Positions 18,351 through 27,067 are shown, numbered from the stretch's first letter. The stretch is 50,767 bases of DNA from Candidatus Micrarchaeota archaeon (GCA_027328425.1 DAHVUT010000026.1:1-50767), one strand, 5' to 3'. Notes: a model not told the origin generated them from the sequence alone. Made by a program: numbers and translations.

Positions 18351-19052
18351 ATGCCGGTACGCTACAAGCTCGTACTCGTGGAACCAAAATACCAGATCAA
18401 CCTGGGCTACATGGCGCGGGTAGCCATGAACTTCGGCGTCAGGCGCCTCTGCGTAGTAAGACCCAGGGCGAGGCTCACGGGCAAGGATGCAATAAAATAT
18501 TCTAAGCACGCGCACTCGCTCCTCGAGAGCGCGAAGGAGTACAAGAGCGTGGGCGACGCGCTGCGCGGCTGCGGGCTTGTGATAGGCACCACCGGCATAA
18601 CAGGCAAGACCAAGGCAGGTTTCAGGCGGATAAGCTTCGCCGAGGATATAGCAAGGAAGCTCGGCGCGATGAAGAGCAGCACGATTGTGGCGCTACTCAT
18701 AGGGAGGGACGACACGGGGCTCACGCCGCAGGAGATAGAGAGGTGCGACGCGATGGCGTACATACCCACAAGCAGCGAATACCCTGTGCTCAACATATCG
18801 CACGCGCTGGCGATACTGCTCTACCTGCTCGAGCGCGAGCACATAGAGAGCGCCGGAGTGGCCGGGATGGAAAAGGAAGAGGCGAAGGAGAGCGAAATGA
18901 GGACGCTGCTGCGCGAATTCGGCAGGCTAACGGAAGGCAAAAGACTGCGCAACAGGCGCAACGTGGCTAGGGTATTCGAAAGAATTGTGAGGAACGCGCA
19001 GCCAAGCAGGAGCGAACTGCACGCTCTCATCACAGCAATAAAGCAGCAATAG
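18351..19052 (+). CDS. SpoU/TrmH-class RNA 2'-O-methyltransferase (TrmJ-like)
   Basis: KLVLVEPKYQINLGYMARVAMNFG and the knot-region LNISHALAILLY. ATG 18351 preferred over GTG 18342. Confidence 0.75.
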   Translation: MPVRYKLVLVEPKYQINLGYMARVAMNFGVRRLCVVRPRARLTGKDAIKYSKHAHSLLESAKEYKSVGDALRGCGLVIGTTGITGKTKAGFRRISFAEDIARKLGAMKSSTIVALLIGRDDTGLTPQEIERCDAMAYIPTSSEYPVLNISHALAILLYLLEREHIESAGVAGMEKEEAKESEMRTLLREFGRLTEGKRLRNRRNVARVFERIVRNAQPSRSELHALITAIKQQ

Positions 19053-19439
19053 CTACTGCTTCGCCATCCCCGGCTTCTTCCTCTTTATTATCTTCACTTT
19101 CGCCGGCGTTATGAGCACACGCGTGTCATCTATCTGCGCTATGTCGCCGTTTATCTTCGCGGCGTAATCCTTAAGCGCCGTAAGCACGTTGTTCCTTGTG
19201 TTGGGCCTCTTCGCGAGCTCCTCTATGCTAAGCAGCAGTATGTTCTTCTTGCCGAGCTCATCCTCTATGAACTTCACCTCGTCCTCGCTCGATATCGTCA
19301 CGGGCTTCACGTACATGTCCGCTGGCTCGTGCATCATGTCAACGTCGTCCATCTCGGCGCTGTTCATGTACTCTTCTATGTCCATCTCCTTTGAGGAGGT
19401 AACACCAAATGCTTGCCCTAGTTTGTCAAAAACTCCCAT
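19053..19439 (-). CDS. sepF: cell division protein SepF (DUF552)
   Basis: N-terminal amphipathic MGVFDKLGQAFG. Core VKPVTISSEDEVKFIEDELGKKNILLLSIEEL...GDIAQIDDTRVLITP. Confidence 0.75.
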   Translation of the reverse strand: MGVFDKLGQAFGVTSSKEMDIEEYMNSAEMDDVDMMHEPADMYVKPVTISSEDEVKFIEDELGKKNILLLSIEELAKRPNTRNNVLTALKDYAAKINGDIAQIDDTRVLITPAKVKIIKRKKPGMAKQ

Positions 19440-19721
19440 GTTCTACACCGGTCGCAACCATATATGTTATGTATCATCTTTTTAATCTTTTCTTTGCGGC
19501 GACAATAGTGGCGGGCATGCAAACGAATGATTTTTAGACGCAGGCATCATACGCTGTGAAGAACACCGAGGCAAGCCTTGGGGCATCGAGTGGCTGACTT
19601 TCGTGAGGTTCCCCTCGAAATTTGCAGCCCCGCCGCAAGCGGTCGGGGCATTCCCGGCGGCAACGGGCCGCATACTCGATGTCGACTGCGGCTGGGGCGC
19701 TGAATGGCTAGGATTGCGCCG

Positions 19722-21839
19722 TTACACCTGGACCTGGTCCATTATCCTCTTGGCCGTCTCCTTGCCGAAGAGCCTCTCCACTCTCTCCGCAGAGCCAGGA
19801 AGCCTGAGGTCGGACACGCATCTTATTCCGTTGTCGTACATGAGCCTGGCCCTCACCCTTCCCACCTGCTCAAGCCTTACCAGGTCGAGCAGCTCCTTGC
19901 GTATTCCGTACTTGGCGCGCACCCTTATCTCGAGCAGCTTCGTCATGCCCAGGTGAGACAGCTTGGCCAGCTCCGAGGCGGCATAGAGGAGCCAATCTGC
20001 ATTCGTCTGCTTTGCGAATAGGGTTCCGGGGGTGGTGCCGTAGTTCTTGACTATGTCGCGCTCCTGTTTCTCGTCTATCCAGTCGCGCAGCATAAGGGCG
20101 GTGCTCAGAGGCTTGACAGGGTCATAGTAGCCGTAAGAGCCATCGAAGTTCGCCCCAGTGCCCTCCAGCATGGGCTCGTAGTTGAAGAAGAGCTCGTTGG
20201 CCTCTTCGGTAATGCGCACGTATGGCCGCATCTCGGCGGTGTTGCAGATTGCGAACAGGTATGCGACCTCGTCCTTCGCCCTGGGAAGCGCGTCCAGCAG
20301 CCACCTGGCGGAGAGCGGGTCTATGTAGAGCTCGCTTATCCTGTGTCCTATCCTTGTGGGCGCGTATACGCTGCCATGCCTGGTTATGAAGCCCCAGGAC
20401 TCGAGCTGCTTCAGCACGTCGGCCAGCAGCTCCTCCAGCTCCCTCGTGCTAGCGAACTGGAAGCCGTAAAGTGTTTCGTTGAGGAACGAGAGCATGCCTT
20501 CGCGCGTCTTGAGCATCTGGGTCGCGACGAAGCCAAGCACGTGCATGCGAAGCACGGGCAGCACGCCCAACTTGGAGCGTATCGGCTCAAGATCTGAGTT
20601 CATGTAGCGCTCGTAGAGGTCCATTATCTCCGCCTTGCTCCTAGCTATGAGCAGCGCGCGGCCCTCCGTGTCGTACTTCGGCCTGCCGGCGCGCCCGAAG
20701 AGCTGCGTAACCTCGTTTACGCTGAGTTTCTCTGCGCCCGCACCGTCGCTGTACCTGCTCGTGTCCCTCACGAGCACGGTATGCGCAGGAAGGTTCACGC
20801 CCAAAGCCAAAGTCGGTGTGGAGCATATGACCTTTATCAGGTTGCGCCTGAAAGCATCCTCTACGAGCTTGCGCTGCACGTTCACAAGTCCGCTGTGGTG
20901 GAAGGCCGCGCCCTTAGCCACTATCTTCGCAAGCCTCTCGCACTGCACGGTGGGCCTTCCGAGCGCATGGAGTATATCATCGCTTAGCTTGGACAGCTGC
21001 GCCTTCTCGTTGGCCGTGAGCGATTGCTCAATTATGCGCGCAGCCTTCTCCGCGCTGGCCTCCGCGTTGCGCCTCGTGCTCAGGAATACGAGCATCTGCT
21101 TCTTCCTGGCCAGCGTGTCCTGCACAACCCTGGATTCGGGCAGCACGCTGGATCCGGCGAGCTCCTCCTCGCTGCCGAGATAGTATGCCTTGCCGTTGAA
21201 GACCACTCCCTTGTCCAGCTTCACGGGCCTGTACTCGCTCTCCACAAGCTCGGCGTGAAGCCAGGCGGCAAGCTCGTTGGCGTTGCCTATTGTAGCGCTG
21301 AGCGCAAGGAGCTGCGCATGTTCGCAGAGCCTGCGCAGCTTCGTGATGAGCACCTCCAGCGTAGGCCCCCTGCCCGCGTCATCGAGCATATGCACCTCAT
21401 CGAAGACGACGCACCCCACGTTGTCCAGCCAGTCAAGGCCGTGCCTTATCAGGCTGTCAAACTTCTCGGTAGACACGAATATTATATCGTATTCCGAGAG
21501 CCATTTGTCGAGCGAATCAAGGTCGCCTATGGACATTGCAATCCTGATGAAAGGATACGCTGTCTTGAACTCCTCGAACTTCTCGCTTACGAGGGCGCGC
21601 ATGGGGGCCACGTACACCGCCTTCTTGCCGTAGCCAAGCACCCAGCGCAGCATCGCCAGTTCGGCTATGAAAGTCTTGCCGCTTGCGGTAGGCGACGCCA
21701 CCACCATGCTGGTTCCCGACAGCAGACCGCGCTTTATTGCAAGCTCCTGCGGCGGGGTGAGATCTTTTATGCCGCGCTGCGCTATGGACTCGAACATTTC
21801 GTTGGGAACGCGACCCTTGAGCTCGCTTGCCTGCATCAT
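19722..21839 (-). CDS. hel308: Ski2-like DNA helicase Hel308
   Basis: Walker A ASPTASGKT, DEVH box (VVFDEVHMLDD), SAT, helicase C motifs (HHSGL, FGRAGRP), and a C-terminal HhH-like domain. Confidence 0.85.
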   Translation of the reverse strand: MMQASELKGRVPNEMFESIAQRGIKDLTPPQELAIKRGLLSGTSMVVASPTASGKTFIAELAMLRWVLGYGKKAVYVAPMRALVSEKFEEFKTAYPFIRIAMSIGDLDSLDKWLSEYDIIFVSTEKFDSLIRHGLDWLDNVGCVVFDEVHMLDDAGRGPTLEVLITKLRRLCEHAQLLALSATIGNANELAAWLHAELVESEYRPVKLDKGVVFNGKAYYLGSEEELAGSSVLPESRVVQDTLARKKQMLVFLSTRRNAEASAEKAARIIEQSLTANEKAQLSKLSDDILHALGRPTVQCERLAKIVAKGAAFHHSGLVNVQRKLVEDAFRRNLIKVICSTPTLALGVNLPAHTVLVRDTSRYSDGAGAEKLSVNEVTQLFGRAGRPKYDTEGRALLIARSKAEIMDLYERYMNSDLEPIRSKLGVLPVLRMHVLGFVATQMLKTREGMLSFLNETLYGFQFASTRELEELLADVLKQLESWGFITRHGSVYAPTRIGHRISELYIDPLSARWLLDALPRAKDEVAYLFAICNTAEMRPYVRITEEANELFFNYEPMLEGTGANFDGSYGYYDPVKPLSTALMLRDWIDEKQERDIVKNYGTTPGTLFAKQTNADWLLYAASELAKLSHLGMTKLLEIRVRAKYGIRKELLDLVRLEQVGRVRARLMYDNGIRCVSDLRLPGSAERVERLFGKETAKRIMDQVQV

Positions 21840-21858
21840 GCAATGCTATCTGCTTTTT

Positions 21859-22911
21859 CTATAATAACCTTTTGTATTCAGCGAACGTCCTGCGCACCAT
21901 GCGCTGCCACGTGAAGCCCCTTGCATACCCTATCGCCCGCTTCGATGCAGGCCTGGGGTCTGATGAGAGTGCAATCGCTTTCTCGACAATCTCCTCCTCC
22001 GTGCCCTTGAATGCATACCTGCTTGTTTCCTCGGGTATCGTTGCATCCTTCAGCACAAGCGTGTTTGTGCCGCTGGCCATCGCATTGAGTATTGGGAGCC
22101 CCTGTCCCTCGTAAGTCGAGAGGTGCAGATAGGCTGCTGCGCGGCTCATGTACTCCGCAACCGTGTTGTCGTCTGCCCTGTAATGCAGCAACACGTTCCT
22201 ATCCGAGACGTGCTTTAAGCCCTGCATAACGGAAGCCAACACCGGCTGCGCGTCAGGGCTGGAGGTGAATATGTGGAGCCTGGACTTCCTCTCCGCGGCT
22301 ACCTTGTCGAAGACGCGGAGCAGGCCCTCCAGGTTCTTGTGCCTCAGGTGTATCGTGCCGAGGTACACGAAATCGCTGCGTTCGCCCCGCCATACGCGCG
22401 TGCGCAGGTACGCCTCGTCCACGCCAAGGGGTATTATCACGTTCCTCTTCGAAGCATCATACACGCAGTACTGCTTCATGCTGCTTTTCAGCTCCTTCAG
22501 CGTCTGGGAACTGTTGCATATGTTCGTGTCTGTGTCAGCATAGTTCCCTGTGGCTATCCTTTTCACCATGCCGGCAGCTATGTTGAAGCTCTCCGTGAAC
22601 CTTGGCTTATAGCGCTGCTGGCTCCCGCTCCTGTACTTGGAGAGCAGCCTGAGATCGTGCCACATCGTGAGCATCCTGGCCTTGCCCTTCCTCACGCGGA
22701 GCACGTCAGGATACATGAGGTGCACTATGTCCGATCCGGTTATTATGGCGGGGTAGAAAGGACGCACAATTTTAGGCAGCTTGTAAGTGGCTATGAGCCT
22801 CGTAATGGCCTTGCCCCTCACCCCCTTGTAGATCTCTGCAGAATACCTGCTTATGCCGTCGTTTGCGGAGAAGTCGAAGTCGCGGCCTACGAGCGTAACC
22901 CTCATATACAT
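21859..22911 (-). CDS. glycosyltransferase, GT-B fold (GT4-like)
   Basis: C-terminal donor-binding block YLHLSTYEGQGLPILNAMASGTNTLV, typical of the GT4 / glycos_transf_1 family. Confidence 0.75.
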   Translation of the reverse strand: MYMRVTLVGRDFDFSANDGISRYSAEIYKGVRGKAITRLIATYKLPKIVRPFYPAIITGSDIVHLMYPDVLRVRKGKARMLTMWHDLRLLSKYRSGSQQRYKPRFTESFNIAAGMVKRIATGNYADTDTNICNSSQTLKELKSSMKQYCVYDASKRNVIIPLGVDEAYLRTRVWRGERSDFVYLGTIHLRHKNLEGLLRVFDKVAAERKSRLHIFTSSPDAQPVLASVMQGLKHVSDRNVLLHYRADDNTVAEYMSRAAAYLHLSTYEGQGLPILNAMASGTNTLVLKDATIPEETSRYAFKGTEEEIVEKAIALSSDPRPASKRAIGYARGFTWQRMVRRTFAEYKRLL

Positions 22912-23210
22912 GCCTTACTGGTTATCTGGGCAATGCAACCTTTTTATTGTTGGTGCGTGGCGCTTTGCGGCAGAGAGAACCAATTTTAACTTTAATTAGC
23001 GGGAAATCCCATACCATTTATGGGTGGGATAAAAGTAGCGTCCTGACATTTGATAGTTCCACTATTCGAGGAGAGCGAATCTTTTTCTCGACGATACGAT
23101 AAATATGGAATTTTATCACGCCTTTACAGAGAGAAATGTCAGGATCCTAATGAAAGCGAGGGCAGAAGTATTATATATCCTATGGTGTATATATTGCGTA
23201 GAGGTTGTGT

Positions 23211-23333
23211 ATGAAACAGAGAACAAACATACAAATTGAACACAAAACATTAGAGAAGCTACAAAAATTGCGGATAACAAAGAGAGAAACCTACGACGAG
23301 ATTATCAATAGACTGATGGCTTTGGTGAAATAG
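23211..23333 (+). CDS. ribbon-helix-helix (CopG/Arc-like) small protein, translationally coupled to tnpB
   Basis: Hand translation gives MKQRTNIQIEHKTLEKLQKLRITKRETYDEIINRLMALVK*, a beta-strand followed by two helices. The stop overlaps the tnpB GTG (TAGTG). TATA box TTATATAT at 23171-23178. Confidence 0.55.
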   Translation: MKQRTNIQIEHKTLEKLQKLRITKRETYDEIINRLMALVK

Positions 23334-24469
23334 TGGACAGAACATACAAGTTCAGGCTGTATCCGACAAAGGTACAACAGAAGAACCTTGACATGCATAG
23401 GTATATCTCAAAGACACTGTGGAACTGCCTCCTTGAGTTTGCGATAAAGAAGTATGAAGAAACGGGGAAATTTCCCACAAGGTCTCAGTTGCAGTTGGAG
23501 GTAAAGAGCGTGGGCATGCACTCACAATCCTCACAGGAAATCTCTCACAGATTGAACGATGCACTTTTCAGATGCTTCAAACTTAGGAAACAGGGAAAGA
23601 AGGCGGGCTTTCCTAGATTCAGGAACATAGACAGGGCAAAGTCAATCCATTATCCGCAGTCTGGTTTCTCGATAACAGGGAAGAAACTGCGAGTAACGCC
23701 TTTCGGAGAAATCAACACTATAATCCACAGGTCAATCGAAGGCAAAGTAAAGACGCTGTCCCTGAAAAGGGAGTCATCTGGAAAATGGTTTGCGGTATTC
23801 ACGGCGGAACAGGAAGAAAAGTCATTCATATCCAACGGCAAGGAGCAGATTGGAATTGATTTGGGCCTGAAGACTTTTGCCGCTCTCTCCAATGGGAAGA
23901 AGACGGAGAACCCAAGGCATCTTGCAAGGTGGGAGAGGCTGCTTGCGAGGAGGCAGAAACAGTTGTCGGGCAAGAAGAAAGGGAGCAGGAACAGGTTCGA
24001 GGCGAAGAGGAAGGTCGCTACCATTTACGAGAAAGCCCAAAACACAAGGACGGACTTTCTGCACAAAATATCTACGCGGTTAGTGAATGCATACTCTTTG
24101 ATAGGTTTGGAGAGGTTGCGGGCACAGCAAATGGCGGAACGTGCGTATGGCAAACAGATAAACGATGCGGGCTGGAGCAGGTTTGCGAACATGCTGACAT
24201 ACAAAGCTGGGAACGCTGGTTGTCAGATAGTGTTCGTGGACGCAAAGGGAACGACAAAGACCTGCCATGTCTGCGGCAACAGGCAGGACATGCCCCTCTA
24301 TGAGAGGACATACGTCTGCGGCAACTGCGGTTCTGTTACCGACAGGGACATAAATGCGAGCATAAACATATTGCACAGAGCATTACCGATGGGCAATCGG
24401 GAAGTTACGCTTGGGGAGACGCCTACAGGGTTGTCGAAGAACCAAGAAGCTCACATCCTTCAGGGGTGA
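23333..24469 (+). CDS. tnpB: RNA-guided endonuclease TnpB (IS605 OrfB family)
   Basis: N-terminal YKFRLYPT. RuvC-I IGIDLGLK, RuvC-II IGLERL, zinc finger CHVCG...CGNCG, RuvC-III TDRDINASINIL. All catalytic residues are present. Confidence 0.9.
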   Translation: MDRTYKFRLYPTKVQQKNLDMHRYISKTLWNCLLEFAIKKYEETGKFPTRSQLQLEVKSVGMHSQSSQEISHRLNDALFRCFKLRKQGKKAGFPRFRNIDRAKSIHYPQSGFSITGKKLRVTPFGEINTIIHRSIEGKVKTLSLKRESSGKWFAVFTAEQEEKSFISNGKEQIGIDLGLKTFAALSNGKKTENPRHLARWERLLARRQKQLSGKKKGSRNRFEAKRKVATIYEKAQNTRTDFLHKISTRLVNAYSLIGLERLRAQQMAERAYGKQINDAGWSRFANMLTYKAGNAGCQIVFVDAKGTTKTCHVCGNRQDMPLYERTYVCGNCGSVTDRDINASINILHRALPMGNREVTLGETPTGLSKNQEAHILQG

Positions 24470-24504
24470 GGGTATGTCACACCTTTTATGCAAACTATTA
24501 GTGC

Positions 24505-24576
24505 GCCCTGGTAACTCAGTGGTAGAGTGCGAGTTTTGTAAACTCGAAGCCGAGGGTTCGACCCCCTCCCAGGGCT
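24505..24576 (+). tRNA. tRNA-Thr (anticodon UGU)
   Basis: Manual cloverleaf: acceptor GCCCTGG/CCAGGGC, D arm ACTC-AGTGGTA-GAGT, anticodon arm CGAGT-TTTGTAA-ACTCG, T arm GAGGG-TTCGACC-CCCTC, discriminator T. No encoded CCA and no intron. Confidence 0.9.
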
Positions 24577-24622
24577 AGGAGAAAATCGAGTGGAGATTAT
24601 TGCCCGATTAGATAAGTATGCA

Positions 24623-24970
24623 TCAGGAGATATTGTGTAGCAGCTCTTCTATCTCCTTGCCGAAGCCGGCCGTCTCTTTTATCCATAACGGAACGTCGTG
24701 CTCTGATTTTACAAACTTGAGAAGCTCTCCACGTATTTTGGTTGTCTTCGCCTTTAATCCTTTGTTTTTTGTCGTAAGCCCGGCCTGCTCGAGGCTGTCA
24801 CAGGCGTTGAGCACGTGCGCCCCTGCACTGACAAACGCATCCTCGTCCAAGTATGCCCCGCCAAAAGGCTTTTTCTTCATCGCTTTTTGGGCGGTCATGA
24901 TGGCAACCAATATCTCCTGGATAGCGTCGTTCAGCCAACGGCCCGCCATCCGCTCGTAGAAGTCTGGCAT
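24623..24970 (-). CDS. hypothetical protein
   Basis: 115-aa ORF in a low-GC patch with a TATA-like GATTATATAG upstream. No recognisable motif. Confidence 0.45.
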   Translation of the reverse strand: MPDFYERMAGRWLNDAIQEILVAIMTAQKAMKKKPFGGAYLDEDAFVSAGAHVLNACDSLEQAGLTTKNKGLKAKTTKIRGELLKFVKSEHDVPLWIKETAGFGKEIEELLHNIS

Positions 24971-25161
24971 TGTGTGCGCACCTCTATGCGATTATATAGA
25001 AATACGGCACTTTATAGCGTTATGCATTGCCCCAACGATGCAGTTCAAGAGCCAAAGAGATGGAAAAGCCAGCCTAACTGGCCTTCGGACTGGAGGCGGC
25101 ATTAAGCTCGATCATGCATAGCGTTTTTAAATCCTCATAGATACAGAGTTAAGGGATTGGA

Positions 25162-25551
25162 ATGCGTCTTCAAGAACGTCTAATCATCCTGGGCATCCTG
25201 ATTGCAGCCATGCTCGCTTTTATCGCCCTGAATGCATGGGGGATTGCGTTCATACTCCTGCTTGTGTTCCTGGGGCTATCTGGAATAATAGTCATATGGT
25301 GGATCTTCCTGCTTCTGCTCGTGGTATTCGGAATTGCTTTTCTATTCATTGCACCGGCCATACCGGGAGGCGTGAATTATTGGCCTCTGATTCCGATTCT
25401 GGCAGCGATTGCGACAGCCTTCGAGGCATACCGTCTTGGCAAAATCCCGACCGGCATCACCCTTACCAAGAAGGAAAGCGAGAAGCAGGAGCGCGCCAGA
25501 AAATACGCAGAGGACGTGCTCAAGGAGGCGAAGAAGGAAAAAGACAGGTAA
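25162..25551 (+). CDS. hypothetical membrane protein (3-4 TM, charged C-tail)
   Basis: Strongly hydrophobic N-terminal 95 aa and a KE-rich C-terminus. A TTTTTAAAT box lies upstream. Confidence 0.5.
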   Translation: MRLQERLIILGILIAAMLAFIALNAWGIAFILLLVFLGLSGIIVIWWIFLLLLVVFGIAFLFIAPAIPGGVNYWPLIPILAAIATAFEAYRLGKIPTGITLTKKESEKQERARKYAEDVLKEAKKEKDR

Positions 25552-25593
25552 ACAGGGGCGTGGAAGCAAGGGCGAGGGCAGGAAATCCGCATT

Positions 25594-25815
25594 TCAGCCA
25601 TACATCTTCTTCTTCAACCAGAAGCCGTATATGACATAGCCCGCAATGAAGATGACGAAGATGATGATGAAAGTCCGCGAGCTTATGGCTTTCGCTGAGA
25701 CAGCCCAAAGGTCGAACGCAAGCACAAGAAACCATATGAAATAAAAGTAAGTTAGGAATATCTTCTTTATGTCTGCCATGGCATCTTCCGCTTCAACACT
25801 AGTATATTCGCCCAT
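25594..25815 (-). CDS. hypothetical small membrane protein (2 TM)
   Basis: 73-aa ORF with two hydrophobic helices, convergent with the previous gene. Confidence 0.4.
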   Translation of the reverse strand: MGEYTSVEAEDAMADIKKIFLTYFYFIWFLVLAFDLWAVSAKAISSRTFIIIFVIFIAGYVIYGFWLKKKMYG

Positions 25816-25856
25816 ATATTATTAAAACTTAGTTCAGATGTTTACTGGTGCGGTTC

Positions 25857-26144
25857 ATGGTCAAGATTAACAGCGAAAAGGAGGCCGAACAACTCGCCCT
25901 GGAATGGGCTGCTGAAGCAGTCGAGAAGTTGAATGACGAAAAACACATGAACTGCAAGGACCCGAAGGTTTCGTCAAAAGCAGTGTATGATGAGGATCTC
26001 CGCATATATGATGTGGTGGTGGAACTCTGGTGCAGGTCAATCATATTCAACCAGAAATTGATGTACAGGCTGAGCATAGGCACGAATGGAAAGATACAAG
26101 ATGTAAAGCAAATAGACGAAGGAGTTGACATGCCTCCGCAGTAG
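25857..26144 (+). CDS. hypothetical small protein
   Basis: ATG 25857 within ORF 25848-26144. Weak resemblance to PepSY-like beta-rich domains (SIGTNGKIQDV). Not assignable. Confidence 0.4.
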   Translation: MVKINSEKEAEQLALEWAAEAVEKLNDEKHMNCKDPKVSSKAVYDEDLRIYDVVVELWCRSIIFNQKLMYRLSIGTNGKIQDVKQIDEGVDMPPQ

Positions 26145-26218
26145 AGGCTTGGTGCATCTGTTTTCAGCATTAGCAAGAACTTTAAACCTTGGCAGCGCAA
26201 TAGCTTCAGTCCTTGGCA

Positions 26219-26926
26219 ATGGTGGATGGAATGGGCGGACTAGAAAACGTGAAGATGTGGCTTGAGCCGAAAGAAAAGCTGCTGTTCTACTGTGACAGCG
26301 CGGTTGAGGGGCACGTGAACAAATTTGGAGAAAATCCATTTCCAAACCCGCGAGTAGTGGGGGGTATGGTTACCGGAAACACAGCGATAACAGACTTCCG
26401 CATATTCGGAACATCGGGCGGTATGCTAGGCGGTCCGAGAATGATGTTCGAGTGGATAACCGATCCGGATTATGCCACCTTAAGGGTGAAGGGGGCAATA
26501 CAGTACGAGGGAAGGGCCCTGGCCAAGGGAAAGACGCCGCAGGACATGGGAAGAATCAAAGATCCGTTTTCAGGAAAGGAAACAAAGAGCGCGATTATTC
26601 ACGTGGCCAGCGATGCCGAACTTGTGACAAGGAAGTCCCTCATTTCGACTGACTACACAATAGGCGTAAATGTGGCGATGATGAGGTCTGGTTTGGCTGA
26701 AATGCGGGAAAAGCATCCGCTGCTATCAAAGCTGGTGGCGAGCGACAAGCGCTTCTACGAACTGCATGAGATCAGGTTCAAGAAACCGGTAATGAAGGAG
26801 ACCGGGTCGAGCGAGGAGGCTGTCGATGGTGCTTACAACGTAGTGCTCGCCGTGCTCCAGAAGCAGCTAAGGTCAATGACGACCGATAAGCTGGACAAAC
26901 TCTACTCGCTTGCGGGATCGGAGTAG
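26219..26926 (+). CDS. hypothetical protein
   Basis: ORF 26213-26926 with first ATG at 26219. Soluble protein. The GNTAITDFRIFG segment hints at a PH/GRAM-like N-domain, which is speculative. Confidence 0.5.
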   Translation: MVDGMGGLENVKMWLEPKEKLLFYCDSAVEGHVNKFGENPFPNPRVVGGMVTGNTAITDFRIFGTSGGMLGGPRMMFEWITDPDYATLRVKGAIQYEGRALAKGKTPQDMGRIKDPFSGKETKSAIIHVASDAELVTRKSLISTDYTIGVNVAMMRSGLAEMREKHPLLSKLVASDKRFYELHEIRFKKPVMKETGSSEEAVDGAYNVVLAVLQKQLRSMTTDKLDKLYSLAGSE

Positions 26927-27067
26927 AAGGGCAGAAGGCTAACCGAAAAGCAAAGCAACCGGGGTCAGAAGAGTTTCGTGTCTGGAGACGCCACGGTGTA
27001 TCGCCCGATACCGTGTGTACTGCAAATTCTTTTCGGGCCGTTCCTCCTGAAGCTGTTCACCTAGCGG

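Larger units (their letters stand above)
22987..24500 (+). mobile_element. IS200/IS605-family, TnpA-less TnpB element (IS1341-like) carrying an RHH gene
   Basis: A left-end hairpin motif at 22987-23029, a structured segment, a promoter, and the RHH and tnpB ORFs. The right boundary is inferred at about 24500, just before tRNA-Thr. GC looks low by eye. Boundaries are approximate. Confidence 0.55.

Noticed and set aside
19482-19673. 63-aa minus-strand ORF in the Hel308/SepF intergenic region
   Set aside because: It has Pro/Ala/Cys-rich composition and coincides with GC-rich hairpins. It is treated as non-coding structured sequence.
19490-19720. SRP (7S) RNA, box C/D sRNA or RNase P assignment for the structured intergenic element
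   Set aside because: I could not find the helix 8 GGAA-GGxAGCAGCC pattern. I also found no properly spaced C/D boxes (RUGAUGA/CUGA) and no CR-I/CR-V pair. The element is left as an unassigned candidate.
26990-27020. Imperfect hairpin CACGGT(GT)ATCG-CCC-GATACCGTG between convergent genes
   Set aside because: It is plausibly just a bidirectional terminator-like structure and has no other notable property.
24577-27067. Integrated element with att sites at tRNA-Thr
   Set aside because: I looked downstream for a direct repeat of the tRNA 3' half (GAGGGTTCGACCCCCTCCCAGGGC) and for an integrase gene. I saw neither in the window.
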